From contig JBHLLT010000001.1 in the NCBI GenBank assembly GCA_048938855.1, forward strand, positions 352,124-416,123: DNA of 64,000 bases. Direction: 5' to 3'. This stretch comes from Promethearchaeota archaeon (GTDB lineage: Archaea > Asgardarchaeota > Lokiarchaeia > Sigyniarchaeales > SOKP01). This document shows positions 20,672-30,203 of this stretch, piece by piece. Positions within the stretch are counted from its first letter, which is position 1. The number at the start of each line of letters is the position of its first letter. Position numbers and translations under genes: made by a program. The notes below the pieces were generated by a model that was not told where the DNA came from, did no database searches, and worked only from the letters and a program-made list of their open reading frames with translations.

Positions 20672-21331
20672 ATGGAATACTTAGAGAGAAATTACAAGAT
20701 TGTAGAAAAAAGAATGATTGAGCAAATGGAGACTAGTTTAAATTACGGTCAAGAGCTCATTGACTCTGAAGTAGATGCTGGGAGTCTTAATTTCGTTATT
20801 AAACCAATAGTAAAATCATTTTATAAATATTGGTCTGATAAGGATGCTAAAGTAGGGACATTAGCTCAAATAAAAATCACTCTTGATTCTGCAAAAGAGT
20901 TTTTAAAGAGTGGTGATGGTTCTAAGGAACAATTGAATAAAATAATTAATAGAAATTTTCCGATATATCTGAAAAACGACCAGACATATATACAATGTAA
21001 GGAAACGCATAGCAATTATAAAAAGCTAGAAGAAGTAACAAAAAAATGTTTTATTACCCAAGTAGAAGAAACCATCCTTTTTTTTAATGTAAATAACGAT
21101 GTTAAAGATTACAATGAGTTATCTAAATTAACTTATAAAACAAAAGAAAAAGCTTATGAAGCATTAAAGCGTCAACTTGATTATAATGATGAAGGAATCT
21201 CAATTGTTGAAAAAGACGATTCTATTCTGAAAGTTCCTCTAGGAAAAAACATAATTCTGAAAGTATTACGTATGGGTTTTGAAATGACGAAAGAGAAGCT
21301 AATTGAAGAACTTGATACGATATTCAATTAA
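20672..21331 (+). CDS. Hypothetical all-alpha protein, paralog B of a tandem pair
   Basis: Shares YLERNY..RMIEQME, NFxIKPxVKxFYxYW and DQTxxQCxxxHxNYxKL with the preceding ORF. Confidence 0.8.
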   Translation: MEYLERNYKIVEKRMIEQMETSLNYGQELIDSEVDAGSLNFVIKPIVKSFYKYWSDKDAKVGTLAQIKITLDSAKEFLKSGDGSKEQLNKIINRNFPIYLKNDQTYIQCKETHSNYKKLEEVTKKCFITQVEETILFFNVNNDVKDYNELSKLTYKTKEKAYEALKRQLDYNDEGISIVEKDDSILKVPLGKNIILKVLRMGFEMTKEKLIEELDTIFN

Positions 21332-21373
21332 GTTTATTTCAAACAATAAATAAAATAGAATGAAGAGGGTATT

Positions 21374-22432
21374 TTGACTGAATCTACTCATCATGAAGAG
21401 CAATATAGTCTTTTAAGACGTATTTTTTTAAATTTATTCATAATTGCTTTCATTACTATATCTTATGTCTATATTTCTGAACCTTTTGGCTCAATCTCAA
21501 CTATTTATATTAATAATCAACCGATTTCCATAAGTTTTACAATATCACTTCTGCTTTTTACATTTTTAGCTGTTTTAGCAGGTCCTATTAATGGGTTAAT
21601 CACAGGATTTTTAGGAGAATTTCTTTTTCAATTAGCGTTTTATGGAACAATTTATCTTGAATGGTGTTTAATTATCGCTTTTTATGGTTTTTTAGTTGGA
21701 ATCTATAAATATCAACCTTTAAAATATCATAAAAGAATTAACGTATTCTATAGCTTCATTGCATTACTAATTTCTTCATTTATTATTTTTTGGATAATAA
21801 TTCCTTTTCAAATTCTTTTTCATCCAGGTCAATATACCCTTGAAGACATTTTTATTAATTATGGTTTCAAATTCTTACTCAATATTCTTGTCTCAGTTTT
21901 AATTTTTATTCCAATGTTATTGTTTCTGTATGATATAGCGTTCGCTAAGGAAGAGAGAGAAATATATCAAATGTTTTTAACTCATCATCCTTTATCTGCG
22001 AGTGATCATACATTTTTTCTTAAATTTGGTAGAACAAAAATCTACTTTTGTTCAAGGTGTTCAGGAGTAATTCTTGGAGGATTGATTGCCCTTTTCACAA
22101 CATACTTATTATTTAAAATTTACCATGTTGAGTTTAGTGCAGAAATTGCTTTACTGCTTTGTATTATTCTTCCTATACCCGGATTAATAGATTGGGGAAC
22201 GCAGAGACTTTTATTAAGAAAGAGTTCTACTAAATCTAGATTATTTACTGGATTTATAATTGGTTTAGCTTTACATTTTATGAGTTATACTTATAAATAT
22301 TATTTTTACACAATGATCATTCTTACAATATATTTTTCAATATTTGGTTTGTTAGTGTATCTAGGACATAAAAAAGAAATGAGACAATTGAAAGAGGAAA
22401 TGAATGAATTATCCATTGAGCATGAGCCTTAA
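21374..22432 (+). CDS. Membrane protein: ECF S-component-like N-terminal domain fused to DUF2085-like domain
   Basis: AVLAGPINGLITGFLG (ECF-S-like); HHP...H...CSRCSGVILG and IDWGTQ...R...TG (DUF2085-like). Confidence 0.7.
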   Translation: MTESTHHEEQYSLLRRIFLNLFIIAFITISYVYISEPFGSISTIYINNQPISISFTISLLLFTFLAVLAGPINGLITGFLGEFLFQLAFYGTIYLEWCLIIAFYGFLVGIYKYQPLKYHKRINVFYSFIALLISSFIIFWIIIPFQILFHPGQYTLEDIFINYGFKFLLNILVSVLIFIPMLLFLYDIAFAKEEREIYQMFLTHHPLSASDHTFFLKFGRTKIYFCSRCSGVILGGLIALFTTYLLFKIYHVEFSAEIALLLCIILPIPGLIDWGTQRLLLRKSSTKSRLFTGFIIGLALHFMSYTYKYYFYTMIILTIYFSIFGLLVYLGHKKEMRQLKEEMNELSIEHEP

Positions 22433-22447
22433 TCTGACTTTAAAATT

Positions 22448-22954
22448 ATGCAAAATATAATATATATTCATGGTCTTGAAAGTTCAGGAAAAGCTTTCAA
22501 AGGACAAAATCTCAAAAGATGGATACCTGAATGCCTTACTCCTGATTTTGAAACCTATAATCCAAGCATTCCAATCAAGAGTCTATTAAAAATTCGAATG
22601 GAACAATTATATTCTATATTAATGGAAAAAAGTCCTTGGATAATTATTGGTTCTAGTTTCGGAGGTCTTATGGCTGTCTTGTTTACTTCTCAAAATCCTC
22701 ATAATGTGTCAAAATTAATTTTACTCGCTCCATATTTATCCTCAACTAGGTTAAATCCTAAAATTCATTCCAAATTAAAAATTCCTGTTATTGTATACCA
22801 TGGTAAACATGATAAAGTAGTTTCAGCTAATCAGTCAAAAATTGTTGCTGAAAAAATATTTTCTAATCTTAAGTACAATATAGTAGATGATGATCATTCT
22901 CTTCATACAACGTTTTTAACTTTGGATTGGAAGAATCTTATAAAAATAAATTAG
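22448..22954 (+). CDS. Alpha/beta hydrolase (YqiA/YcfP-like esterase)
   Basis: IHGLES, GSSFGG nucleophile elbow, HGKHD, DDDH. Confidence 0.88.
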   Translation: MQNIIYIHGLESSGKAFKGQNLKRWIPECLTPDFETYNPSIPIKSLLKIRMEQLYSILMEKSPWIIIGSSFGGLMAVLFTSQNPHNVSKLILLAPYLSSTRLNPKIHSKLKIPVIVYHGKHDKVVSANQSKIVAEKIFSNLKYNIVDDDHSLHTTFLTLDWKNLIKIN

Positions 22955-23068
22955 ATCTTCTCAGATCTTATTCTTATAAGTTTCAAAAATTGGACTCCAA
23001 GAATTTTAAAATCAAATCCAAATACAATTTTATTAGGAAAAAGTGCAAGAAAAATTGGATGAAAAATA

Positions 23069-23557
23069 ATGGATTGGCAAACTTTTCTCGAAAATATTGG
23101 ATTATGGTTCAACACGTTTATCGAATGGTATATAGAACAACCTTTATACGGGCAAGTACTAGTCATTATTGGTATAGTTGCCGTATTAGCTTTAACAGTA
23201 ACTCTACTTTATTATATTATTAAGGGAGTTGCATATTTAATCTATTATACAATTAAAGGGGTGTTTTACCTCCTCAAATATATTGGATATGGAATTTACA
23301 AATTATTTGAAGGTTTTTATTTTCTAGTTTCAGGGAAATCAAAACTCAAGACAAAAAAGAATGAAGAAATTACCATAGAGAATAAAAATTCAAAATACCA
23401 GCAAGTTCTTCCATTAAAATTCTGTAGTGAGTGTGGAAAAAGAATTTCAATGAGTATGAAAAATCATTTAAAGTCAAATGAAAATGTATTTTGTGTGAAT
23501 TGTGGTACAAGATTAAATAGAAAAAACGTAATGTATTCCCTTGCTGCCTCTCACTAA
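23069..23557 (+). CDS. Membrane-anchored zinc-ribbon protein
   Basis: N-terminal TM/amphipathic helices; C-terminal CSECG...CVNCG. Confidence 0.75.
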   Translation: MDWQTFLENIGLWFNTFIEWYIEQPLYGQVLVIIGIVAVLALTVTLLYYIIKGVAYLIYYTIKGVFYLLKYIGYGIYKLFEGFYFLVSGKSKLKTKKNEEITIENKNSKYQQVLPLKFCSECGKRISMSMKNHLKSNENVFCVNCGTRLNRKNVMYSLAASH

Positions 23558-23624
23558 TTACAATTTAATCCATAATATTCGAAAAAAATTAAAGTAAAAA
23601 TGAATAATTTTAATAAAGGTGTAA

Positions 23625-25274
23625 TTGAAAAGAATGACTAAAATTTTTGTCTGTCGGGAATGTGGATATGCTTTCCCTCAAGAGCTTTCTCACTTAATTG
23701 AAAGTAATATTCAAGTTTATTGTGAAAGATGTGGTTCTCCTTTTATATTGGAAGGAGTAGAATTCAAACCTGCTCCAACTCCATATATAAGGCAGAAAAA
23801 GCCATACCATACAATCCCTGAAATAAAATCATCAAGTTTAGATAAGTTTATTCAAGTTTTAAATAAAATTTCTTCTTTACCATTTTTTATTTTCTTATTC
23901 TATTTGGTAGTGGCAATAATTGTAAATTTATTTCCATTCTTTGGATTTTATAATCTATTCGATAACATTGCTCGTATTATAATTTGCTTTTTTCTAATCT
24001 CTTATGATAGAATTCATCTTAATAAAAAAATTAAAGAAAAAAATTATAATGAAATTTTTCTGGATGCTTTTTGTTGGGGAATATTAGGATGCATTATGTA
24101 TGGTCTAGGAGTAATAATTCTTATTAAAGGAATATTTATCATAATATACATACTTACATCCTCCCAAAATAAAGATTTTAAAGCCTATAATTATGGTCTA
24201 CTTGCAAAAGATTCATTAAATTATTTTTCTAATAAAGCAGGATTTATAATTATATTATATAGTTTATATGTTGCATTTTCACAGGGGATTTATCTTCCTG
24301 GGGGAGGTAGTGTTTTAATACCCTTTCCATTTGGCATCCAAATTGCCTTAGGAGTAATAAGTTATTTTATTCTTCTCATCATCGCTGTAATTATGTTACT
24401 AATTGATGGTGGAATGAAAAAACGAATAAAAGAAAAGCAAAAGTTCGCACCTATAGATGGCATTAAATTTATGATCATTGGGATTTTAGGAACAATGTTT
24501 TTTGCTGCAGGTATTTTTGTTTTACTAAAAGGAATCTTGATTCTTATCCTAAGTTTTGGAAAACCTTCAGAAAAAGCCCAAAAAATAATTGATGTTGAAA
24601 AACCAAGAATATCCGTTCCTACACCACCTATTCCACCAACTCCACCTATTCCACCTGAACCTTATAGAAAGTTAGAGGAACCTCGTATAGTAACTGCTGA
24701 AGAAAAGGATATTGAATTAAAAATTGTTAAAGAACCTGTTGAGATTCAAGAACCAGAGACTATTGAACAAGAAAAATTAGGCTTTGAACAAGAAAAAATC
24801 GAAATTGAACAAGAAAAAATGGAAGAAATACCCCCAATAGAAATCGAAGAAATACCACCAAAATTAGATAAAGAAGAAAGAGCAAAAAGAGAAGAAGAAT
24901 ACAAATTAAAGCTACATGACTCACTTCTACCTGTAAAAGATGAAAAAGATAAAAAATTAGTTAAAGAATATTTCTCAAAAATATTTGCAGTCCTCTCAAG
25001 AGATTTAAGGAAGCAAATAAATGACCTAAAGATCACGAAAAAAGAGAAGAAAGAGCTATTAGAAGAACTTGCTTTTTTAACAAATGAGGAGCAGGTTAAG
25101 TATATCGAAGCAATTGTTAATTTATATAAGGAGATACCTAAAAGATTAATAAACAGAATCCGAAAACTCCCTAATGTTAAACCAGTACACTATGATAAGA
25201 TTGTTGAAGAATTAAAATATATGGATTATGAAGAACAAGTAAGATTTGTTCAATTTTTAGAGGAAAATGCCTAA
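23625..25274 (+). CDS. Zinc ribbon + multi-TM + Pro/Glu-rich linker + helical-repeat protein
   Basis: CRECG..CERCG, ~7-8 TM, PTPPIPPTPPIPP, duplicated ELxxxxxEEQVxxx helices. Confidence 0.78.
   Translation: MKRMTKIFVCRECGYAFPQELSHLIESNIQVYCERCGSPFILEGVEFKPAPTPYIRQKKPYHTIPEIKSSSLDKFIQVLNKISSLPFFIFLFYLVVAIIVNLFPFFGFYNLFDNIARIIICFFLISYDRIHLNKKIKEKNYNEIFLDAFCWGILGCIMYGLGVIILIKGIFIIIYILTSSQNKDFKAYNYGLLAKDSLNYFSNKAGFIIILYSLYVAFSQGIYLPGGGSVLIPFPFGIQIALGVISYFILLIIAVIMLLIDGGMKKRIKEKQKFAPIDGIKFMIIGILGTMFFAAGIFVLLKGILILILSFGKPSEKAQKIIDVEKPRISVPTPPIPPTPPIPPEPYRKLEEPRIVTAEEKDIELKIVKEPVEIQEPETIEQEKLGFEQEKIEIEQEKMEEIPPIEIEEIPPKLDKEERAKREEEYKLKLHDSLLPVKDEKDKKLVKEYFSKIFAVLSRDLRKQINDLKITKKEKKELLEELAFLTNEEQVKYIEAIVNLYKEIPKRLINRIRKLPNVKPVHYDKIVEELKYMDYEEQVRFVQFLEENA
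24618..24862 (+). repeat. Intragenic short tandem repeats
   Basis: CCACCTATTCCACC x2; 21-nt unit with core TTGAACAAGAAAAA x3 (IEQEKLG/FEQEKIE/IEQEKME); EEIPP x2. Confidence 0.75.
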
Positions 25275-25276
25275 AG

Positions 25277-26173
25277 ATGTCGCTTGAAAAAAGAAGAGAA
25301 CCAAAAGGAAATAAGGAAAAGAAAAAGTTACAGGAGAGTTCATTTAGGCGCCTTGATTTTAAACCATTAGGAGAAATGAGGGAAGTAGCCTTAGAAACAG
25401 AAGTAATTAAAGAGGAAATTGTTGAAGAGCTAAGTGAGATTGAAAAAGATGTTTTAAAAATTGCAGAAGATATATTAAAACTAAAGCGATATGACACTGA
25501 ATTTGAAATTATATCGGAAGCTCAAATCCAAAAATTTCCTATAATTGAAAAATTATATGCTAAGTGTATAGCTAAACTTTCATATAAAAAGGGATATAGT
25601 AAAGAAGATATATTTCTGGCAATTCGAGGTTTAGAAGAGAAAAATTGGATTGTTACAAATGAACGACGTACCAAATTAGAGATATTAAGCAATGACAAAT
25701 TGATGAGGATACTAAATTTCATAAAAAATAACCCAGGAATACACGCACGGGATGAAAAAATCGAAGAAGAATTAAGTATAACAAGAACTCCCTTCTTAAA
25801 GCATGTTATGACACTTGAAAGGTTCGAACTAATAAGATCTAAAAAAATTGGAAAAACTCTTCACTATTTTTTAAGCGATGTACCTGAGGATTATCAAGAA
25901 TTTAAAGTAATCTTTTTAAATCCATTAATCCCTAAAATATTAGAAGAAATTTTCAAGGATGAAGAAATAACAGTAAGTAAAATTGGCGAAAATCTTGATA
26001 TTTATTCTGGAACAATTCTTTATCATATAAAAAAGTTAAAAGAACTTAATCTTATGAGAACTTTTAAAAATAAAGAAGGAAAAAAGATCTTTCTGGTTAA
26101 TTTTGAGCTATTAAAATTATATAATGATTTTTTTACTGAACCTGACTTTTCTCAACTACTAAAAGGACTTTAA
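25277..26173 (+). CDS. Multi winged-helix DNA-binding protein (ArsR-like tandem wHTH)
   Basis: RILNFIKNNPGIH...HVMTLERFELI and VSKIGENLDIYSGTILYHIKKLKELNL. Confidence 0.8.
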   Translation: MSLEKRREPKGNKEKKKLQESSFRRLDFKPLGEMREVALETEVIKEEIVEELSEIEKDVLKIAEDILKLKRYDTEFEIISEAQIQKFPIIEKLYAKCIAKLSYKKGYSKEDIFLAIRGLEEKNWIVTNERRTKLEILSNDKLMRILNFIKNNPGIHARDEKIEEELSITRTPFLKHVMTLERFELIRSKKIGKTLHYFLSDVPEDYQEFKVIFLNPLIPKILEEIFKDEEITVSKIGENLDIYSGTILYHIKKLKELNLMRTFKNKEGKKIFLVNFELLKLYNDFFTEPDFSQLLKGL

Positions 26174-26175
26174 GA

Positions 26176-27060
26176 CTAAATTAACTCCTGATTCACCTGT
26201 GGTAAAGAATTGATCAGGATTTTGATCGAATTATCGATTCCATTCTCCATATCTGGGTGAATTTCGTTTGATTTAAGTAAATCATATTTTGGATGGCCTG
26301 GCAAATCTGACACGGAAAGAATGGAACTAGTTTTTAGATTGTAGATTTTTCCTAATAAGAATAAAATTGAAGACTCCATATCAATACATTGCACGTTAAT
26401 TGAATCCAGTGCTCTTACAAAATCTAGACTCTCGCAAAATAGAGCATCGGTTGTCCATAAGTCTACTGCTTTTACTTTACCCCTTAAAAGTGATGTGTCT
26501 TTATTTAAAAGCACTTGATTTAATTTCTCATCGGGCTTTGATATAAAAATTGTTTGATTTCCCGTGAATAAGTTTTGAAATTTTCCTAATGGATTAGAAA
26601 TTGATTCAAGTTCATTCATTATAGCTGGGTATTCCCTAAAATATTGAGGACAGGTTCCATCATCGCAATAAGCCAACTTTGGTATTAATACATCTCCAAT
26701 ATTAATTGGGACAACCATATTTTCTATTCCACCACAAACATCAACTCGAATTATAATTTTTGTTTTACACCGCTTTAAAGCTTCTACTACCATAGCGCAA
26801 TTTGGTGCTCCAATTAATGAACGAATAATACTCACCTTTACATTGTTTAGCTCTCCATTATACACTCTTCCATAACTATGTTTATTTTGTAATTTCTGTA
26901 CTAATTTCTTCATCACTGTTTTAATTGCGGGAAGAATGACAATTTCATTTACGTTTGAGGGCCTTGTTTCTAAGATCATACGTACGACTTTCTCATCAAC
27001 CGAAATAAACTTTAAACCTACATTGAGCAACTCGCTTTTAATTCTATTAAACATTTTCAA
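26176..27060 (-). CDS. Nucleoside phosphorylase (PNP/UDP family 1)
   Basis: IGAP, IIRVDVCGG, WTTDA, DMESS and SVSD motifs. Confidence 0.85.
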   Translation of the reverse strand: MKMFNRIKSELLNVGLKFISVDEKVVRMILETRPSNVNEIVILPAIKTVMKKLVQKLQNKHSYGRVYNGELNNVKVSIIRSLIGAPNCAMVVEALKRCKTKIIIRVDVCGGIENMVVPINIGDVLIPKLAYCDDGTCPQYFREYPAIMNELESISNPLGKFQNLFTGNQTIFISKPDEKLNQVLLNKDTSLLRGKVKAVDLWTTDALFCESLDFVRALDSINVQCIDMESSILFLLGKIYNLKTSSILSVSDLPGHPKYDLLKSNEIHPDMENGIDNSIKILINSLPQVNQELI

Positions 27061-27230
27061 TCAGAATTTAATTTATCTTAGTAAACCAAATATGAAATTT
27101 TAATTATAATCTATAAGTATTGTACTAATTATTTACCTACTTATAATTTTAAAGAATATAATTTAATATCTTAATAAAATACATTTATTTATATATATTA
27201 GTGAGAATTTGGATTTAACGTGGTATTGCA

Positions 27231-28523
27231 ATGAATAACAGGTTTATCGTCGATAATAAAATTACAAATGAATTCGTAGAAACATATACTAAAACAACTT
27301 ACAGAATAGTAGGAGATAACAAACATTCATCAATTAAACCTTGTCATTGGCTCGAACAAAGATTAGCAACGGGAAGAGATAATCGTAATTGTTATAAAGG
27401 AGTTTTTGGAATCCAAAGTCATAGATGTTTACAAAATACACCTTCATTGCCTTTTTGTAACCACCAATGTGTTTTTTGCTGGAGAGATATTGAGACTGGA
27501 TCACTAGGAAGTGAATTTGTTGTTGAACCAGATGATCCTAAAATTCTTATTGATGAAATGTTAAGACATCATAAAGATATAATTCAAAACCATTTACCCC
27601 TAAGGCGATACCTTGATAATTATGAAATTATGATTGATATCCTCTATTATATGCTTTTAAATTCTAAAGAAACCCATAGTATAGATTCCCTCAGTAATAA
27701 TATTCATGTTTCAAAAAATAAAATTGAACGGGCAGCCACTCTTCTGAAGAACCAAGAATTCATAAAGCCATTAAAATCTTTAAGTAATCAATTTAAATTA
27801 GATCATGATATAAATTCTTGTATTAGCTCTCGAGAAGAAATAGAAAGATTAATTAATAGAGCACTAACCACTCCTGATGAAATTATGCAGGCACACATTG
27901 AAGCTCTAAGACCAAATCACGCGGCTATATCTCTTGATGGGGAACCACTTTTATATCCAAGGATATCTGAATATATTCAGGAATTTAGGAATCGTAAAAT
28001 GACCACTTTTGTTGTTACTAATGGTACATTACCAAAAAAGATTATGAGTTTAGAATCGTATCCCTCTCAACTATATATCACATTACCAGCTTCTAATGAA
28101 CAAGTCTACAAGAAAGTGTGTCGTCCTATGATAAAAAATGGTTGGGATAAGATTATGGATAGTCTTGATTCGATAGAATCCTTATCTTGTAGAACTTTAA
28201 TACGATTTACTGCAGTAAAAAATTTGAATATCAATGAAGAACTAATAAAGGAATATGCTAAAATAATTGAAAAAGCGAATCCTAATTTTTTTGAAATTAA
28301 GGGTTTCACATTACAAGCCAGAGCTTTATTGATAAAGAATAGATTGAAAAGTGTCAAGGAAGTTAGTGATTTCTTTCCAGAATATGAATTTTTAGAAAAA
28401 TATGCTCAAAAATTTGAAAAAATTAGTGGCTTTCCTTTGATTTATAGAAATAAACCAAGCAGAGATTTTCTATTTGCCGTAAATTGGGATCAAAATAAAG
28501 ATCCAAGAATTTCTAATCCTTAA
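27231..28523 (+). CDS. taw1: 4-demethylwyosine synthase Taw1/TYW1 (radical SAM) with internal insertion
   Basis: KPCHW, CYK, GIQSHRC, CNHQCVFCWR, AISLDGEP, FVVTNGT, EIKGF. Confidence 0.9.
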   Translation: MNNRFIVDNKITNEFVETYTKTTYRIVGDNKHSSIKPCHWLEQRLATGRDNRNCYKGVFGIQSHRCLQNTPSLPFCNHQCVFCWRDIETGSLGSEFVVEPDDPKILIDEMLRHHKDIIQNHLPLRRYLDNYEIMIDILYYMLLNSKETHSIDSLSNNIHVSKNKIERAATLLKNQEFIKPLKSLSNQFKLDHDINSCISSREEIERLINRALTTPDEIMQAHIEALRPNHAAISLDGEPLLYPRISEYIQEFRNRKMTTFVVTNGTLPKKIMSLESYPSQLYITLPASNEQVYKKVCRPMIKNGWDKIMDSLDSIESLSCRTLIRFTAVKNLNINEELIKEYAKIIEKANPNFFEIKGFTLQARALLIKNRLKSVKEVSDFFPEYEFLEKYAQKFEKISGFPLIYRNKPSRDFLFAVNWDQNKDPRISNP

Positions 28524-29154
28524 GATCTATGTATTTTTGAATTATTGCTTTTAATTTACCGAGATTTATTTTTTTTAAAGCCGAAAATTCTAAGTATGGT
28601 ATTATTGACTTATCTTTAGACTCATGGTCATTCAAATGGCTTAACTGTAAACCATATTCTTTTGATGTTTTAATAAATAATTCTATAATTTTTTTTTGAT
28701 CAACATTAGAGACTTTATCAATTTTGTTAATGAGAATTAAATATGGAATTTCAAATTCCTTTAAAAATTGAATCAATTCAAAACTTAATGGGATTGTTCT
28801 ATTATTTTGAATAAAATACTTTATAATCTCATCCTCAATTCTCAATATGTTTATTACTATTAACCCAAAAAAATAATCAGTAAAGTGCTTTTCAATATGA
28901 AGTACTATTTGTTTTTTAATATGTTCCCCTCTTCTTCGGCTAGATTGCCCCACATATCCAAAACCAGGAAGATCAACTATATTATAAGGTAAATTCTTTT
29001 GAGTATGAGATTTTATTAGTAAGGTACTACCTGGAATCTTACCAATTTTTCCTTTAAAATTTCTAGGATTAGGCATTAATAATTTAGTTATTGAAGATTT
29101 GCCTACATTTGAATTTCCTATAATTAATAATGATGGTTTTTTAGTCATTGTCAT
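28513..29154 (-). CDS. engB: EngB/YihA-like GTP-binding protein
   Basis: GNSNVGKS, PGST, DLPGFG, NKID, SA. Confidence 0.8.
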   Translation of the reverse strand: MTMTKKPSLLIIGNSNVGKSSITKLLMPNPRNFKGKIGKIPGSTLLIKSHTQKNLPYNIVDLPGFGYVGQSSRRRGEHIKKQIVLHIEKHFTDYFFGLIVINILRIEDEIIKYFIQNNRTIPLSFELIQFLKEFEIPYLILINKIDKVSNVDQKKIIELFIKTSKEYGLQLSHLNDHESKDKSIIPYLEFSALKKINLGKLKAIIQKYIDLKD

Positions 29155-29209
29155 TTACAAAAATCTTTAAACAATCAAGATAAAAATAACTACATTCTAC
29201 GGGAGACGC

Positions 29210-30103
29210 TTAGATATCTTTAAAAAAGTCGCCTTCCAAAAACTCTTTAAACATTTTCTTTTTCTCTTCTTCTTTTATAATAGGTCTTGTACTGATTGGT
29301 TCCCCAGCTTGCTCTAAAAGTTCTTTTAAAGTATCAACATTGACATTGATTTTAAATTTTCCATCTCTTAGAAATCTTACCACCTGTCTCTCATTCAGCG
29401 TCAATCTTAAAATATAACCTAATCCAAAATAAAATTGATGTTCAGGTATAGGATCGATTGGAGATTTACTTGTTACTTCTTTTAAAACATCGTAAAGCAA
29501 TGTTTTTGAAGCGATATTATCTTCCACATTAATGGTTAAATAATACAGAGCATGATACCATATCTTATCACGTTTATTTTTAATATATTCTAAAAATTTC
29601 TCAGTTGTTATAACTTCTTTTTTTTCAATTTTTTTCCTTTTTAATAGCTCTTGTTTAATCCTATCTTCCAACTCTTTAGATACAGCTTGATCATATTGAA
29701 TTTCACCTTCTGGTTTGGCTACTTCCTGTAATTCGTCTTGCTTTACGGATTCAATCGCTTCCTGCATTTCTCTTAATTCATCAAAATCGATTTCATCCAT
29801 ATCAGAAAAATCAGAGATCATGCTCTCCTTGATTTCTTCTTGACTCTTGATTTCTTCCACAAGTATTTCTTCAGAAATAATTTCACTGGAAATTATGCTA
29901 TCATCATGTAATTCTTCACTCTCTTTAACCTTTTCAATCGCTTCTTGTATTTCTTGAAGTTCATCAAAATCCAAATCTTCCATGTCAGAGAAATCTGTTT
30001 CAAGTGTTTTCATATCTCTAAGGTAAGCTTCCAAATCATCCTCTTCTAATTGATTTTCTTCCATAGATAAATCATCAATTTCTTCTTTTTGTTTTTCATT
30101 CAT
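29210..30103 (-). CDS. Hypothetical protein: acidic repeated N-terminus plus globular (possibly winged-helix) C-terminal domain
   Basis: DFSDMxxxDFDELxExQEAIExVK repeated twice; ordered C-terminal ~130 aa. Confidence 0.7.
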   Translation of the reverse strand: MNEKQKEEIDDLSMEENQLEEDDLEAYLRDMKTLETDFSDMEDLDFDELQEIQEAIEKVKESEELHDDSIISSEIISEEILVEEIKSQEEIKESMISDFSDMDEIDFDELREMQEAIESVKQDELQEVAKPEGEIQYDQAVSKELEDRIKQELLKRKKIEKKEVITTEKFLEYIKNKRDKIWYHALYYLTINVEDNIASKTLLYDVLKEVTSKSPIDPIPEHQFYFGLGYILRLTLNERQVVRFLRDGKFKINVNVDTLKELLEQAGEPISTRPIIKEEEKKKMFKEFLEGDFFKDI

Positions 30104-30203
30104 AATATTTGAAAATGTAATTTATAAAATTCTTGATATTTATATAATTAAAATATTGACATTCGAATAATTAAAATTGTCCTAAATATTAATAGACTTT
30201 AGT

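Noticed and set aside
22927-23223. ORFs 22927-23223 (+) and 22951-23166 (-)
   Set aside because: They overlap better-supported neighbouring genes and show no recognisable features
24618-24862. Short direct repeats as a possible CRISPR array
   Set aside because: In-frame coding repeats without unique spacers; no cas genes
27591-27866. Intein as the explanation for the Taw1 insertion
   Set aside because: No Cys/Ser start with His-Asn end, too short, and helical wHTH pattern rather than a HINT fold
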